DNA of 64,000 nucleotides from the IMG/VR virus record IMGVR_UViG_3300006923_000013, positions 1-64,000 of that record; one strand, given 5' to 3'. The stretch comes from a virus. The notes under the pieces are model-generated. The model had not been told where the DNA came from, searched no databases, and saw only the letters and a list, made by a program, of their open reading frames with translations. Of this stretch, positions 9,646-18,829 are shown in pieces (the first letter of the stretch is position 1; every line of letters starts with the position of its first letter). Both the position numbers and the translations under genes were made by a program.

Positions 9646-10224
9646 ATGTATACAATAAATCAAGAAGTAGCAGAAGGAACAGGATCAGGAGCAACTCCAA
9701 TACCTGTCGGAATCAATGAAAACGTTAAATTCTTAGGCGTTGAGCAGAAAAAAGATAAGAATCAAAAATCATATCTGAGTTTTGGATTTCAAGACGAAGA
9801 TGGAAGTGTAATTTCTCATAATGAGTTTGAAGCAAATCCAGACTATATAACTCCTAAAGAGGGAGAAACAATAGACGAGGCTGTAGCCAGAAAAGTGAAT
9901 AATATGCTTATTAGAATTAAGCATATCTGTACACAATTTGTAGATCCAGCATCATTTATAATAAACGGAGATACCTTTCCAGATTTTTGTACAAACCTTG
10001 TAACTTTTATGAGTGCCAAGAATATTTCAAAACTGGTAAGATTGAAAGTAGTGTATAATTATAAAGACTATGCATCACTACCTAATTTCACTCCTTTTGT
10101 TGAACCTATGGAAAAAACTCCATCATCACTAAAGATCAATCCTAAGTACGATAAAATGGAACAGGATTCAGCAACAGCAACTACTGAAGCAGCAGTTACT
10201 ACAGAGCCAGATCTTCCTTTCTAA
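9646..10224 (+). CDS. Putative single-stranded DNA-binding protein
   Basis: Beta-rich N-terminus, C-terminal EPDLPF tail, position between the Sak4-like gene and primase. Confidence 0.7.
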   Translation: MYTINQEVAEGTGSGATPIPVGINENVKFLGVEQKKDKNQKSYLSFGFQDEDGSVISHNEFEANPDYITPKEGETIDEAVARKVNNMLIRIKHICTQFVDPASFIINGDTFPDFCTNLVTFMSAKNISKLVRLKVVYNYKDYASLPNFTPFVEPMEKTPSSLKINPKYDKMEQDSATATTEAAVTTEPDLPF

Positions 10225-10236
10225 ACAGTAAAGAAA

Positions 10237-11265
10237 ATGTATGATGTAAAGAATATAATTATTCCTACACCTCTTACTAAAGCTAACATACTTAGAGCAG
10301 TAAGTGAATCGTACATAATAAAGCATTATTTAGGGTTTGAATTTGAATTAGGAAAGGCTTATAAAAGCCCCTTGAGGTCAGATTCGAACCCTTCTTTTGC
10401 TTTATACAAAACTAGTAATGGTAGTATTAAATTTAAAGATTTTAATGGAGCACAGGGAAGTTGTTTCGATCTTGTAATGCTATTGTTAAACTTAGACTTT
10501 CCAACATGCTTACAACGTATCAATGTAGATCTTAATTTAAAACTAGGTACAAGCAATGCATTACCTATAGGAGAAATAACTAAACAGATATATATTCCAA
10601 AAGGAGAAAATAACGGTATACCGAGGCTTATACAATTTAAACCTCAGCATTATACAGAAGCTGACTTAGCATATTGGGCTCAATATGGTATCCCAAAATG
10701 GCAATTGGAGTTATATAATGTGTTTTCTGCTAAGTATGTATTCTTAGATCATAAGTTACTATTAAGAGCTACGCTTAGAGATCCAATATACTGCTATAAA
10801 TTTCCTAAAACAAAAAGAGTAAAAGTATATAGACCTTTAGTAAAAAACAAAGCACATATAAAATGGCTAAGTAACGTTACTAGTGACGATTTACAAGGTG
10901 AAGAACAACTAATAGAAGGAGATAGACTTATCATTACCAAATCTATGAAAGATGTTATGGTTCTTGGTATGCTTAATTTTCCCGCTATAGCTCCTCAAGC
11001 AGAAGGAACCCGTAATCAATATGATAAGATATTAGAAATTGCTAACCAATTTCAACAAGTTACTATTCTATTTGATTATGATCCTACTGGTATAAAAGGT
11101 GCAGAAGACCTTCAAAATTACTTAAGAAATGCTGGAATAAGTGTTCAAGTAGTATATATAAAAGAAGAAGGCATTAAAGATATTTCTGATTTTGTAGCTG
11201 TACGAGGTACATATACAACTGAAAGATTTTTAAAAACATTAATAAATGAAACAAAAACCGCCTGA
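10237..11265 (+). CDS. DNA primase (DnaG/TOPRIM type, crAss-like)
   Basis: SPLRSDSNPSF...FKDF degenerate Zn-binding region; TOPRIM ITKSMKDVM; LFDYDPTG; KDISD. Confidence 0.88.
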   Translation: MYDVKNIIIPTPLTKANILRAVSESYIIKHYLGFEFELGKAYKSPLRSDSNPSFALYKTSNGSIKFKDFNGAQGSCFDLVMLLLNLDFPTCLQRINVDLNLKLGTSNALPIGEITKQIYIPKGENNGIPRLIQFKPQHYTEADLAYWAQYGIPKWQLELYNVFSAKYVFLDHKLLLRATLRDPIYCYKFPKTKRVKVYRPLVKNKAHIKWLSNVTSDDLQGEEQLIEGDRLIITKSMKDVMVLGMLNFPAIAPQAEGTRNQYDKILEIANQFQQVTILFDYDPTGIKGAEDLQNYLRNAGISVQVVYIKEEGIKDISDFVAVRGTYTTERFLKTLINETKTA

Positions 11266-11842
11266 TAATAAAATATGGAAATTAACTATTCCTAATTATG
11301 AAGATAAAGTACCAATAAGCCAAAAACGAAGAGCGAAGTACTTTAAACAGAATGAATCAAAGCCTAGATTACCTAAAAAACATCTATCAAAAATACAATC
11401 TGGACATTTTAAATATGATAAACTAGGTTATTTGGTAGATGAGAATAAAAATAGAGTATTAGCTAATCCTATTGTAGCAGGAACACCTCGATATTGGACT
11501 ATAAATGGTCAAAGAATCTATGATGGATCTCTACACTATACCGCACGCTCTAAAGTAGCGCGATGGATGCATGGATATCTTGGAGCATACATAAGTAAAT
11601 TACCAGCATTACACATTCCAGAAGGATGTTATTTGAGGGTATGGATAGATATGTATAAACCTGCAGATAATCAGAATTGGGACTGTGATAATCAGTGGCC
11701 CTGGACCAAGTGGTTCTTAGATACTCTAGTTGAACATAAAAAAATCCCAGAAGATAATGTACAGTATATACGAAGTTCAGGACAGATAACTTATATACCT
11801 TCAGATGAACGTAAACTTGTCTTTAATATTCAAATAATATGA
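11246..11842 (+). CDS. RusA-like Holliday junction resolvase
   Basis: WDCDN...KWFLDTL...IPEDNVQYI matches the RusA D-x-DN...K...D...DD pattern. Confidence 0.7.
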   Translation: MKQKPPDNKIWKLTIPNYEDKVPISQKRRAKYFKQNESKPRLPKKHLSKIQSGHFKYDKLGYLVDENKNRVLANPIVAGTPRYWTINGQRIYDGSLHYTARSKVARWMHGYLGAYISKLPALHIPEGCYLRVWIDMYKPADNQNWDCDNQWPWTKWFLDTLVEHKKIPEDNVQYIRSSGQITYIPSDERKLVFNIQII

Positions 11843-12891
11843 TAACAACAGAAACAATAAATAACCAAGTAACAGATGTGAATGATCATGTAATGAGTGT
11901 GTCTTCATTGAATCTTTTTAATGCATCACCACGAGATTACAAAAATCATGTACTACATCCTGTAAGTAGAAATACTACATATTTCACTAAAGGAAGTGCT
12001 GTAGATTGCCTTATAACTGAGCCTAAAAAGTTTTATGATCAGTTTGCAGTAATGAGCATCAATCGTCCATCAGGAATGTTGGGAGATATGTGTGTAGCAT
12101 TAGCAGAATTTAAAGCGTTAGATCCAGAAAATAAAGTGACTTTCGATGAAATGTTCAATCTTGCATATAAGACTGTTAATTATAAACTAACAGAAGCTTC
12201 AGTACGTAAGAAATTTGAGGATCCTAAGAACAACTTCAAAAAATATTACCAAGAACTTATAGCTGCTGGAGATAAAAAAACTATAAGTACTGTCGAGTAT
12301 GACCAGGCTGTAGAGGTAGTTCGTATGTTGCAAACTGATCCTTACACTAAAAAATACATAACCGATGCTCCTGCACACTTTATGATGGATGTCCATGATC
12401 AAATGGAGATATTCTTCTCTTATAGAGATGTAGAGTGTAAAGCATATCTTGATAGGCTCATAATAGATCATAGTACTAAAACTTTAATACCTATTGATCT
12501 TAAAACTACAGGAAAATCTGTTTTTGATTTTCCAAAAAGTTATATCAATTTTGAGTATTTCCGACAAGGTGCCTTTTATACAAAGGCTGTACATGAATAT
12601 AGAGCGGCCCATCCAGAGTTAAAAGGGTATAATATAGAACCTTTCCTATTCATAGTAGCAGAAATGGCATGCAGTAATTCGCCTATGATATACAAAATGA
12701 GTACAGAAGATCTTGCAGTTGCACTTTACGCAGGTGGAGAATTGAAATACTCAAGATACCCTGTACGATCTATTGCAGATCTTTTAGATGATGTAAAATG
12801 GCATCGTGATGCGGGTTCATGGGATATGTCCAAAGCACATTATACACGTTATGCCAATGACCATGCAATTACACTCGATAGTTTCGCTTAA
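11839..12891 (+). CDS. PD-(D/E)XK exonuclease (RecE/DUF3799-like)
   Basis: SVSSLNLF, KGSAVDCLI, CKAYLDRL...IDLKTT, YFRQGAFY. Confidence 0.85.
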   Translation: MITTETINNQVTDVNDHVMSVSSLNLFNASPRDYKNHVLHPVSRNTTYFTKGSAVDCLITEPKKFYDQFAVMSINRPSGMLGDMCVALAEFKALDPENKVTFDEMFNLAYKTVNYKLTEASVRKKFEDPKNNFKKYYQELIAAGDKKTISTVEYDQAVEVVRMLQTDPYTKKYITDAPAHFMMDVHDQMEIFFSYRDVECKAYLDRLIIDHSTKTLIPIDLKTTGKSVFDFPKSYINFEYFRQGAFYTKAVHEYRAAHPELKGYNIEPFLFIVAEMACSNSPMIYKMSTEDLAVALYAGGELKYSRYPVRSIADLLDDVKWHRDAGSWDMSKAHYTRYANDHAITLDSFA

Positions 12892-13381
12892 AAAATATGT
12901 AAGAACCTTTTCTACAACATTTCTACTGCCTATGGTGGTAGAAATGCTGGGAAAAGATTATAAACGTTTAGGGTTTTATAACATATACTTAGGAGACGCT
13001 AAACAATACCAATATCCAGAAGCAGTATACATTCTATTCAAACCACGATTCACTAAAGAATACACCGACTATGAAAAAGAATTAGCTACTCATCCTGAAT
13101 ATATAAAAAGGTATGATATTGCCTCTAAGTTTACAATGCATGTATTTCATATACCAAAAGAGTATATAGCAGACTATCATGTATTTATTAACGGAGAGTA
13201 TACAAAGTTTACACCCGAATACAAATCTAAATTCAAACAAGGCTCTAGAGTCTACGATGTTGTTCAAGGACATCTTAATTATCCTAAATGGAAAGAAAAC
13301 CTTGAAATTTTTAACTTAAAACTAATTACAAATAATACAAAAAATGGAAAAAAGAACAATAAAAACACAATTGAAAGGTAA
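12863..13381 (+). CDS. Hypothetical protein (start uncertain: 12851, 12857 or 12863)
   Basis: ORF track 12806..13381; overlaps both neighbours. Confidence 0.7.
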   Translation: MQLHSIVSLKKYVRTFSTTFLLPMVVEMLGKDYKRLGFYNIYLGDAKQYQYPEAVYILFKPRFTKEYTDYEKELATHPEYIKRYDIASKFTMHVFHIPKEYIADYHVFINGEYTKFTPEYKSKFKQGSRVYDVVQGHLNYPKWKENLEIFNLKLITNNTKNGKKNNKNTIER

Positions 13382-14420
13382 AGATGAAGTTTTCAATCTT
13401 CTTGCTCTTGGAGAGGCTGTACAATTACCAGTTTTACTACTTGGAGAACCAGGTGTAGGTAAAACTCAGGCTCTTCTCGATTATGCTGCTTCTAAATATA
13501 ACTATAGAAGAGATCTGGTACGTTCAAAAACATTCATGATAGAATTGGATGAAGGAACTAAGACCTCAGAAATTAAAGGAAGAGTAGATATGAAAGCATT
13601 GCTTGAAGAGAAAAAGTATGAAACTAAAGCACCTATTGCAGATGCAGAGTTTATTATGATAAACGAAGTTGATAAAGGTACTTCTGGAGTACGTAATACT
13701 TTACTTTCAGTAATGAGAGAAAAAGCACTGTTCTATGGAGATACTGTTAAAAAGTGTAACTGGCAAGTATTTGCTGGTTCTTGTAATATTATTCCACAAG
13801 AAGAAATAGAGAATCCTTTTTGGGATAGATTTATACTTACATTAACTGTAGAAAGAGTAGGAAGTGATGTTATGAAAGGTATATGTAACGAAGAAGCATT
13901 AAAAGTACATACTCTTGATATTAATATTCCTTCTACTGCAGATATAGAAAAAGAAAACGTAAACACTGCATTATTTAACAAATTTGTAGATACGATATAT
14001 TCAACTGCTTCAGATAGAACTATTTATGCACTTAAGGATATAATTAAAGCTGTAAAGCTTATTTATACTTATGATGATAAACAGGCAATTATCTATGTAT
14101 GTAGCCTGGTCGCACCTGCAGCACTTGCAGATATTTCATCTAAGCTTGAGACTAAGAGAGAAAATAATGTAGCTACATTACTATCTCAGTTACCTGGTAT
14201 TTTAGAAGCACATAATGATAGCTATGCTCAAATATTTCTACACTCAGTTTTAACTGAAATTACTGCATTAGCAGAAGTTAATAGTTATAAAACCAGAGCA
14301 GAACAATTTACAAAAGATGTAATTACTTGTATTGAAACTGCTGCTATTTCTACGGAGCAACAAATGCTATTTAAAGGAATAGTAGCTGAACAAAGTTTAA
14401 AAACAACATTAACAGTTTAA
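13344..14420 (+). CDS. MoxR/RavA-like AAA+ ATPase
   Basis: LLLGEPGVGKT; atypical Walker B IMINEVDK; RNTLLSVMRE; PFWDRF; adjacent vWA gene. Confidence 0.85.
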   Translation: MEKRTIKTQLKGKDEVFNLLALGEAVQLPVLLLGEPGVGKTQALLDYAASKYNYRRDLVRSKTFMIELDEGTKTSEIKGRVDMKALLEEKKYETKAPIADAEFIMINEVDKGTSGVRNTLLSVMREKALFYGDTVKKCNWQVFAGSCNIIPQEEIENPFWDRFILTLTVERVGSDVMKGICNEEALKVHTLDINIPSTADIEKENVNTALFNKFVDTIYSTASDRTIYALKDIIKAVKLIYTYDDKQAIIYVCSLVAPAALADISSKLETKRENNVATLLSQLPGILEAHNDSYAQIFLHSVLTEITALAEVNSYKTRAEQFTKDVITCIETAAISTEQQMLFKGIVAEQSLKTTLTV

Positions 14421-14422
14421 TC

Positions 14423-15814
14423 ATGAACTATAGAGGAAATTACGGAGATAGGTACTCAGTTGGTACCAAAGGCTACTACGATAAAGCATATGAACAGAAA
14501 AAGAAAAGAGCTGAAATTCTTAAAAACCTTCGACCTGAAATCGAAGCTTCTAAACCTGCACGTATAATTCAAAATCCTCTTCCTCCAGATTTGGAGGGAG
14601 AGGTAGTACGTAGTTTAAAGACATCTATGTCGAATAACTTTTTAGCTTCTTCCTTTATGCAAAAGCAAGGAGTTGAAAATCTAACTATAGATGGATTTAA
14701 CCACTGGTACTCAGAAAAAAAACAGTATAATATCAATTCTGATAAATACTGGTGGCATCATATATTAACAAAAGTTGATAATCATCTATTACAGTATGCT
14801 ACTAATCATAAAGCTGCATATAGCTACATTGCAAGTAAACATATTATTACTATGCTTGAAAAACTTCATAAAGAGTTTGGAAATGATATGGAAAAGCATA
14901 TGGATAAATTCAATGAGCAATGTGGAGACAATGGTAAAAATCCTAGCACCGAAGAAGATTCCGAAGCTTATAAAGAGTTTAAAAATAAGTTAGAAAAAGG
15001 AACAACTCGTGCTAATAATAAAATAAAGAAGGATATCAAAGAAACTGCAGCTAAAGGAAGTGATAGTTTAAATGGTGCAGGTAAAGGAGCTATAGAGCAA
15101 ATAAAACTTTTTGATTCTCCTATTATAAAAAAGTTAGATAACATTAATAAGGGATCTTTAAAGGCATTTTTCAAAACTACTATTGATAAAGCTACGCAAA
15201 ATGCAATAGGACAACAATCTTTAATAGAAGAAAGCTTTTTTGATAGTGAAGAGATAGAAGAGTTATCCAATATAGAGAATTTCGCACATATTGCATTATT
15301 TGAAGATCTTGTTACTCGTTGTATACAATATCATGTTAGTTTTGATATCTATATAGATGATTCAGGTTCTATGAGCGGCAAGAATTTTATTGATAATGTA
15401 TTGGTTTCATACAGAGATCTTGCGCATCTTGTTGCATTTAGATTAAATCAACTTAAATTATTACGAGATTGTTACCTTTTTGCAAGCCATCACCAACTTG
15501 CAAAAATTCCAATAGAAGAATTATTTAAGACTGTATATGGAGGAGGTACTAATATTGATCAATGTTTTATTAATGCAAAAAAAGTAAATCGTCCTTGTAT
15601 TATAATTACAGATGGGTCAGATACATTGAATCCGAAAAACTACTTTAGAGATGCTTTTATTCTTACATTGGAAGTTTCTTCTCTTAATAAGTCGTTTGTA
15701 CCATATGCTGAAAACGGACAACTTTTAGGATATAGACAAGGAAAGATGGAAAAATATATCGTAAACGGCGTAGATGAATATGGTAGAAAAGGTTACTTAA
15801 CCCTACCAAAATAA
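14423..15814 (+). CDS. von Willebrand factor A domain protein (ViaA-like partner)
   Basis: MIDAS YIDDSGSM, GGGTNID and IIITDG in the C-terminal third. Confidence 0.85.
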   Translation: MNYRGNYGDRYSVGTKGYYDKAYEQKKKRAEILKNLRPEIEASKPARIIQNPLPPDLEGEVVRSLKTSMSNNFLASSFMQKQGVENLTIDGFNHWYSEKKQYNINSDKYWWHHILTKVDNHLLQYATNHKAAYSYIASKHIITMLEKLHKEFGNDMEKHMDKFNEQCGDNGKNPSTEEDSEAYKEFKNKLEKGTTRANNKIKKDIKETAAKGSDSLNGAGKGAIEQIKLFDSPIIKKLDNINKGSLKAFFKTTIDKATQNAIGQQSLIEESFFDSEEIEELSNIENFAHIALFEDLVTRCIQYHVSFDIYIDDSGSMSGKNFIDNVLVSYRDLAHLVAFRLNQLKLLRDCYLFASHHQLAKIPIEELFKTVYGGGTNIDQCFINAKKVNRPCIIITDGSDTLNPKNYFRDAFILTLEVSSLNKSFVPYAENGQLLGYRQGKMEKYIVNGVDEYGRKGYLTLPK

Positions 15815-15828
15815 TTATTATAATTTTT

Positions 15829-15860
15829 AGCCCCAGGAGTAATATACTCTTGGGGCTTTT
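15829..15860 (+). terminator. Intrinsic terminator
   Basis: AGCCCCAGGAGTA-ATA-TACTCTTGGGGCT 13-bp stem (one G-U) followed by TTT. Confidence 0.85.
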
Positions 15861-15878
15861 AACTAAATCTTAACACAA

Positions 15879-16175
15879 ATGACTAAAACTATTTATGACC
15901 AAGTAAAAAAATTATTAGAAGAAGATCCTAAACTACAATCTTCAGACAAAAAATTAATCTCAAAAATCTGGAAAGATGAAATGAAAGCTATAAGGTGTCC
16001 TATGGACTTATTTTTCACTATGTTCGAGACAAATCACCTCTCATCTTATGAAAGTGTTACAAGGGCAAGACGAAAGGTACAAGAGAAGAATCCCAATCTA
16101 AGAGGAACTACTCACACACAAAGGCACAAAAAAGCTAAAAAAATATCAAAATCAGTGCACACTATGCATCTGTAA
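15879..16175 (+). CDS. Hypothetical basic protein, possibly HTH DNA-binding
   Basis: ESVTRARRKVQEKNPNLRG motif of a common phage family. Confidence 0.7.
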   Translation: MTKTIYDQVKKLLEEDPKLQSSDKKLISKIWKDEMKAIRCPMDLFFTMFETNHLSSYESVTRARRKVQEKNPNLRGTTHTQRHKKAKKISKSVHTMHL

Positions 16176-16219
16176 ATTGTATCTTTATCTTTCCTTTAAA
16201 CAATTAAATTTTACACAAA

Positions 16220-18079
16220 ATGGATAAGAGTAATCAAATACTTAGTGACATTGTTGTCTTTAATAAATACGCAAAATATAAGCCCAAAGAAAAAAGAAGA
16301 GAAACATGGGATGAGATCGTAACACGGTATCTAACTATGATGAAGAAAAAATATCCAGAATTAAAAAATGAAATTGAAACAAAAGGACAATATATAAGAG
16401 ATAAAAAAGTATTAATGTCAATGAGAGCTGCACAATTTTCAGGTGCAGCAATTGAAAAATCAGAGTCTCGTGTGTACAATTGTGCATACTTGCCAATAGA
16501 TGACTATAGAGCATTCAGTGAAACAATGTTTCTTCTTTTAGGAGGAACAGGTGTAGGATTTTCGGTACAAAGAGATCATGTGAATGCTTTACCAGAGATA
16601 CAAAAACCAAGAAAACAACAAAAATATTTAATAGGAGATTCTATAGAAGGCTGGGCAGATAGTATCAGGCATTTAATGGCAAGTTTCTTTGGATTAAGAA
16701 AAACTAAACCTGTTTTTGATTTTAGTGATATTAGAGAAAAAGGAGCACAGCTTGCAACTGCAGGCGGTAAAGCTCCTGGGCCCGATCCTCTTAAAAAATG
16801 CTTATTCAACTTAGAGCTCATGCTTGCCACAAAAGCTAACGGAAGTAAACTTACTCCTATAGAAGTGCACGACATGATCTGTCATATAGCAGATGCTGTA
16901 CTTGCTGGAGGAATTAGAAGAGCAGCTTTAATATCACTCTTTTCGGCAAATGATGAAGAAATGCTTTCAGCTAAGTCTGGAACATGGTATGAAGCTAATC
17001 CTCAACGAGGAAGAGCTAATAACTCTGCAGTACTACTAAGACATAAAGTAACAGAGAAGTTCTTTAAGGATATATGGAAGAAGATTGAACTAAGTGGAAG
17101 TGGAGAACCTGGAGTGTATTTCACAAACGACAAGGACTGGGGAACTAATCCCTGTTGTGAAATTGCATTAAGACCTTTTCAATTCTGTAATCTAACAGAG
17201 ATCAATGCTGGAGATATAGAAGATCAAGCTGATTTTATTAGACGAGCAATAGTTGCTTCATTTTTTGGAACTCTTCAGGCAGGATATAGTAATTTTCATT
17301 ATTTACGTCCTATTTGGCAAGAGACAACAGAGAAGGAGGCCCTTATAGGTGTCGGCATTACAGGTATATGTAATGGAAAGCTCTCTAGAATAGATTTAAA
17401 AAGAGGGGCTAGGGCAGTTATTCAAACAAATAAAAGAGTAGCAGAGACCATTGGAATAAACCCTGCAGCGAGAACTACAACTGTAAAACCTTCGGGAACA
17501 ACAAGTTGTGTAGTAGGAACAAGTTCAGGTATTCATGCCTGGCATTCTAAATATTATATACGTAGAATGCAATGCTCTAAAAATGAGCCTCTATATAAAT
17601 ATCTATCTGTTATGCATCCCGAACTCGTAGAAGACATGGTATTGTTACCTGGTTCTGCTGTTATAGAAATCCCTCAACGTGCTCCTAAAGGAGGAACTAC
17701 ACGAGAAGAAGAAAACATAAGTTTTATGTTAGGAAGAATAAGTCTTTATAACAATGATTGGGTAAAAACAGGACATATTACAGGTTCTAATACTCATAAT
17801 GTTTCAGCTACAGTTTCTGTAGAAGAAGATCAATGGGAATACGTAGGAGATTGGATGTGGCATAATAGAAATAACTTCAATGGTCTTTCAGTACTTCCAT
17901 ATGATGGAGGAACTTATCAGCAGGCGCCGTTTGAAGAGATCACAAAAGAAGAATTTGAAAAAAGATACGATAAATTACTAGCAATAGATTTAACTAAGGT
18001 AGTAGAAGACGAAGATAATACAGATTTAAAAGGAGAATTGGCATGTGCAGGCGGTGCGTGCGAAGTAGTGATAGCCTAA
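16220..18079 (+). CDS. nrdJ: Class II (adenosylcobalamin-dependent) ribonucleotide reductase
   Basis: RRETWDE, YNCAY, GGTGVGFS, GGIRRAA, TNPCCEI, FCNLTE, KPSGT, C-terminal ACAGGACE; no beta-subunit gene nearby. Confidence 0.93.
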   Translation: MDKSNQILSDIVVFNKYAKYKPKEKRRETWDEIVTRYLTMMKKKYPELKNEIETKGQYIRDKKVLMSMRAAQFSGAAIEKSESRVYNCAYLPIDDYRAFSETMFLLLGGTGVGFSVQRDHVNALPEIQKPRKQQKYLIGDSIEGWADSIRHLMASFFGLRKTKPVFDFSDIREKGAQLATAGGKAPGPDPLKKCLFNLELMLATKANGSKLTPIEVHDMICHIADAVLAGGIRRAALISLFSANDEEMLSAKSGTWYEANPQRGRANNSAVLLRHKVTEKFFKDIWKKIELSGSGEPGVYFTNDKDWGTNPCCEIALRPFQFCNLTEINAGDIEDQADFIRRAIVASFFGTLQAGYSNFHYLRPIWQETTEKEALIGVGITGICNGKLSRIDLKRGARAVIQTNKRVAETIGINPAARTTTVKPSGTTSCVVGTSSGIHAWHSKYYIRRMQCSKNEPLYKYLSVMHPELVEDMVLLPGSAVIEIPQRAPKGGTTREEENISFMLGRISLYNNDWVKTGHITGSNTHNVSATVSVEEDQWEYVGDWMWHNRNNFNGLSVLPYDGGTYQQAPFEEITKEEFEKRYDKLLAIDLTKVVEDEDNTDLKGELACAGGACEVVIA

Positions 18080-18085
18080 AAGAGG

Positions 18086-18508
18086 TCAGTCTACAAGAAC
18101 ACCAATACCAATACCAGCACCAAGGGCAGAGACAGCTATAATGGCTTCTTTGCCCTTTTGCCATATATTTTTCCAGAAAGCTTTACGTTTTAATGCTTTA
18201 ACTTCTTTTTCAGATAATGCTTTTTCCTCCTTTACAATAGCAATCACTTCTGTTTGTGCTGTATCTATTTCAGCAAGTATAGCAGTTTTAGCTTCAAGAG
18301 TAGTTACCTTATGTTTAAGGTCTAAAATAGTGCCTTCGTGGATAGATACTTTATCAAAAACTGATACTACAGCTCTGGCCTGTGACTCTGAAATGCAATA
18401 ACGAGTAGTATCGTTATATCTAATTACGATCTGCGAATACACGTTTGAGCTCATTGATGATGCCAATAGAATCACCAACAAGAGCAAGGCTTTGTTTATC
18501 AATTTCAT
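18086..18508 (-). CDS. Spanin-like protein: signal peptide, coiled coil and C-terminal hydrophobic helix
   Basis: MKLINKALLLLVILLASS...SQ signal; C-terminal IIAVSALGAGIGIGVLV; overlaps the upstream gene by 89 nt in another frame. Confidence 0.55.
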   Translation of the reverse strand: MKLINKALLLLVILLASSMSSNVYSQIVIRYNDTTRYCISESQARAVVSVFDKVSIHEGTILDLKHKVTTLEAKTAILAEIDTAQTEVIAIVKEEKALSEKEVKALKRKAFWKNIWQKGKEAIIAVSALGAGIGIGVLVD

Positions 18509-18791
18509 TTATTGCTTTGGTTTTATCTGTAAGTTCAGTATCTATACTATCTAGCACAATATCATACTGAGCTAGTTTACGTCTAAGTGTATTTATTTCT
18601 TTATTTTTAGAAATCCTTAGATCTGCAAGTGCATTTTTATGGTCTCTTTTGATACCATCAAGTTCATTATTTGCAGTAAATCTACAGATCTCACTATATG
18701 TAAGACTACATGCTAATAATAATATAATACCACATGCGAACACTGAAACAACTTTCATGGGCACTGGAGTGTGCGGAGGAAATAAATTCAT
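18420..18791 (-). CDS. i-spanin-like protein (N-terminal TM plus coiled coil); start 18791 or 18758
   Basis: VVSVFACGIILLLACSLTY TM helix then a heptad region; promoter motifs just upstream of 18791. Confidence 0.55.
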   Translation of the reverse strand: MNLFPPHTPVPMKVVSVFACGIILLLACSLTYSEICRFTANNELDGIKRDHKNALADLRISKNKEINTLRRKLAQYDIVLDSIDTELTDKTKAINEIDKQSLALVGDSIGIINELKRVFADRN

Positions 18792-18795
18792 ATTC

Positions 18796-18815
18796 CAAAA
18801 ATACAAAATTAATAA
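18796..18815 (-). promoter_or_regulatory. Tandem Bacteroidota -7 elements (TTATTAATTTTG and TATTTTTG)
   Basis: The reverse complements of 18804-18815 and 18796-18803 both match TAnnTTTG; divergent intergenic gap. Confidence 0.6.
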
Positions 18816-18829
18816 TGAAAAATTATAAA

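Noticed and set aside
12806-12900. Possible programmed frameshift joining the nuclease to the next ORF (TTAAAAAA near 12888)
   Set aside because: In-frame ATGs at 12851-12863 explain it as an ordinary overlap; no stimulatory structure seen.
42-16875. - strand ORFs within the replication arm (e.g. 3062-3577, 4108-4485, 16576-16875)
   Set aside because: Fully antisense to well-supported genes; no independent evidence.
3551-18079. Inteins, group I introns or homing endonucleases in polA, dnaB or nrdJ
   Set aside because: The proteins are of compact length with contiguous motifs; no splice-junction, LAGLIDADG or HNH signatures.
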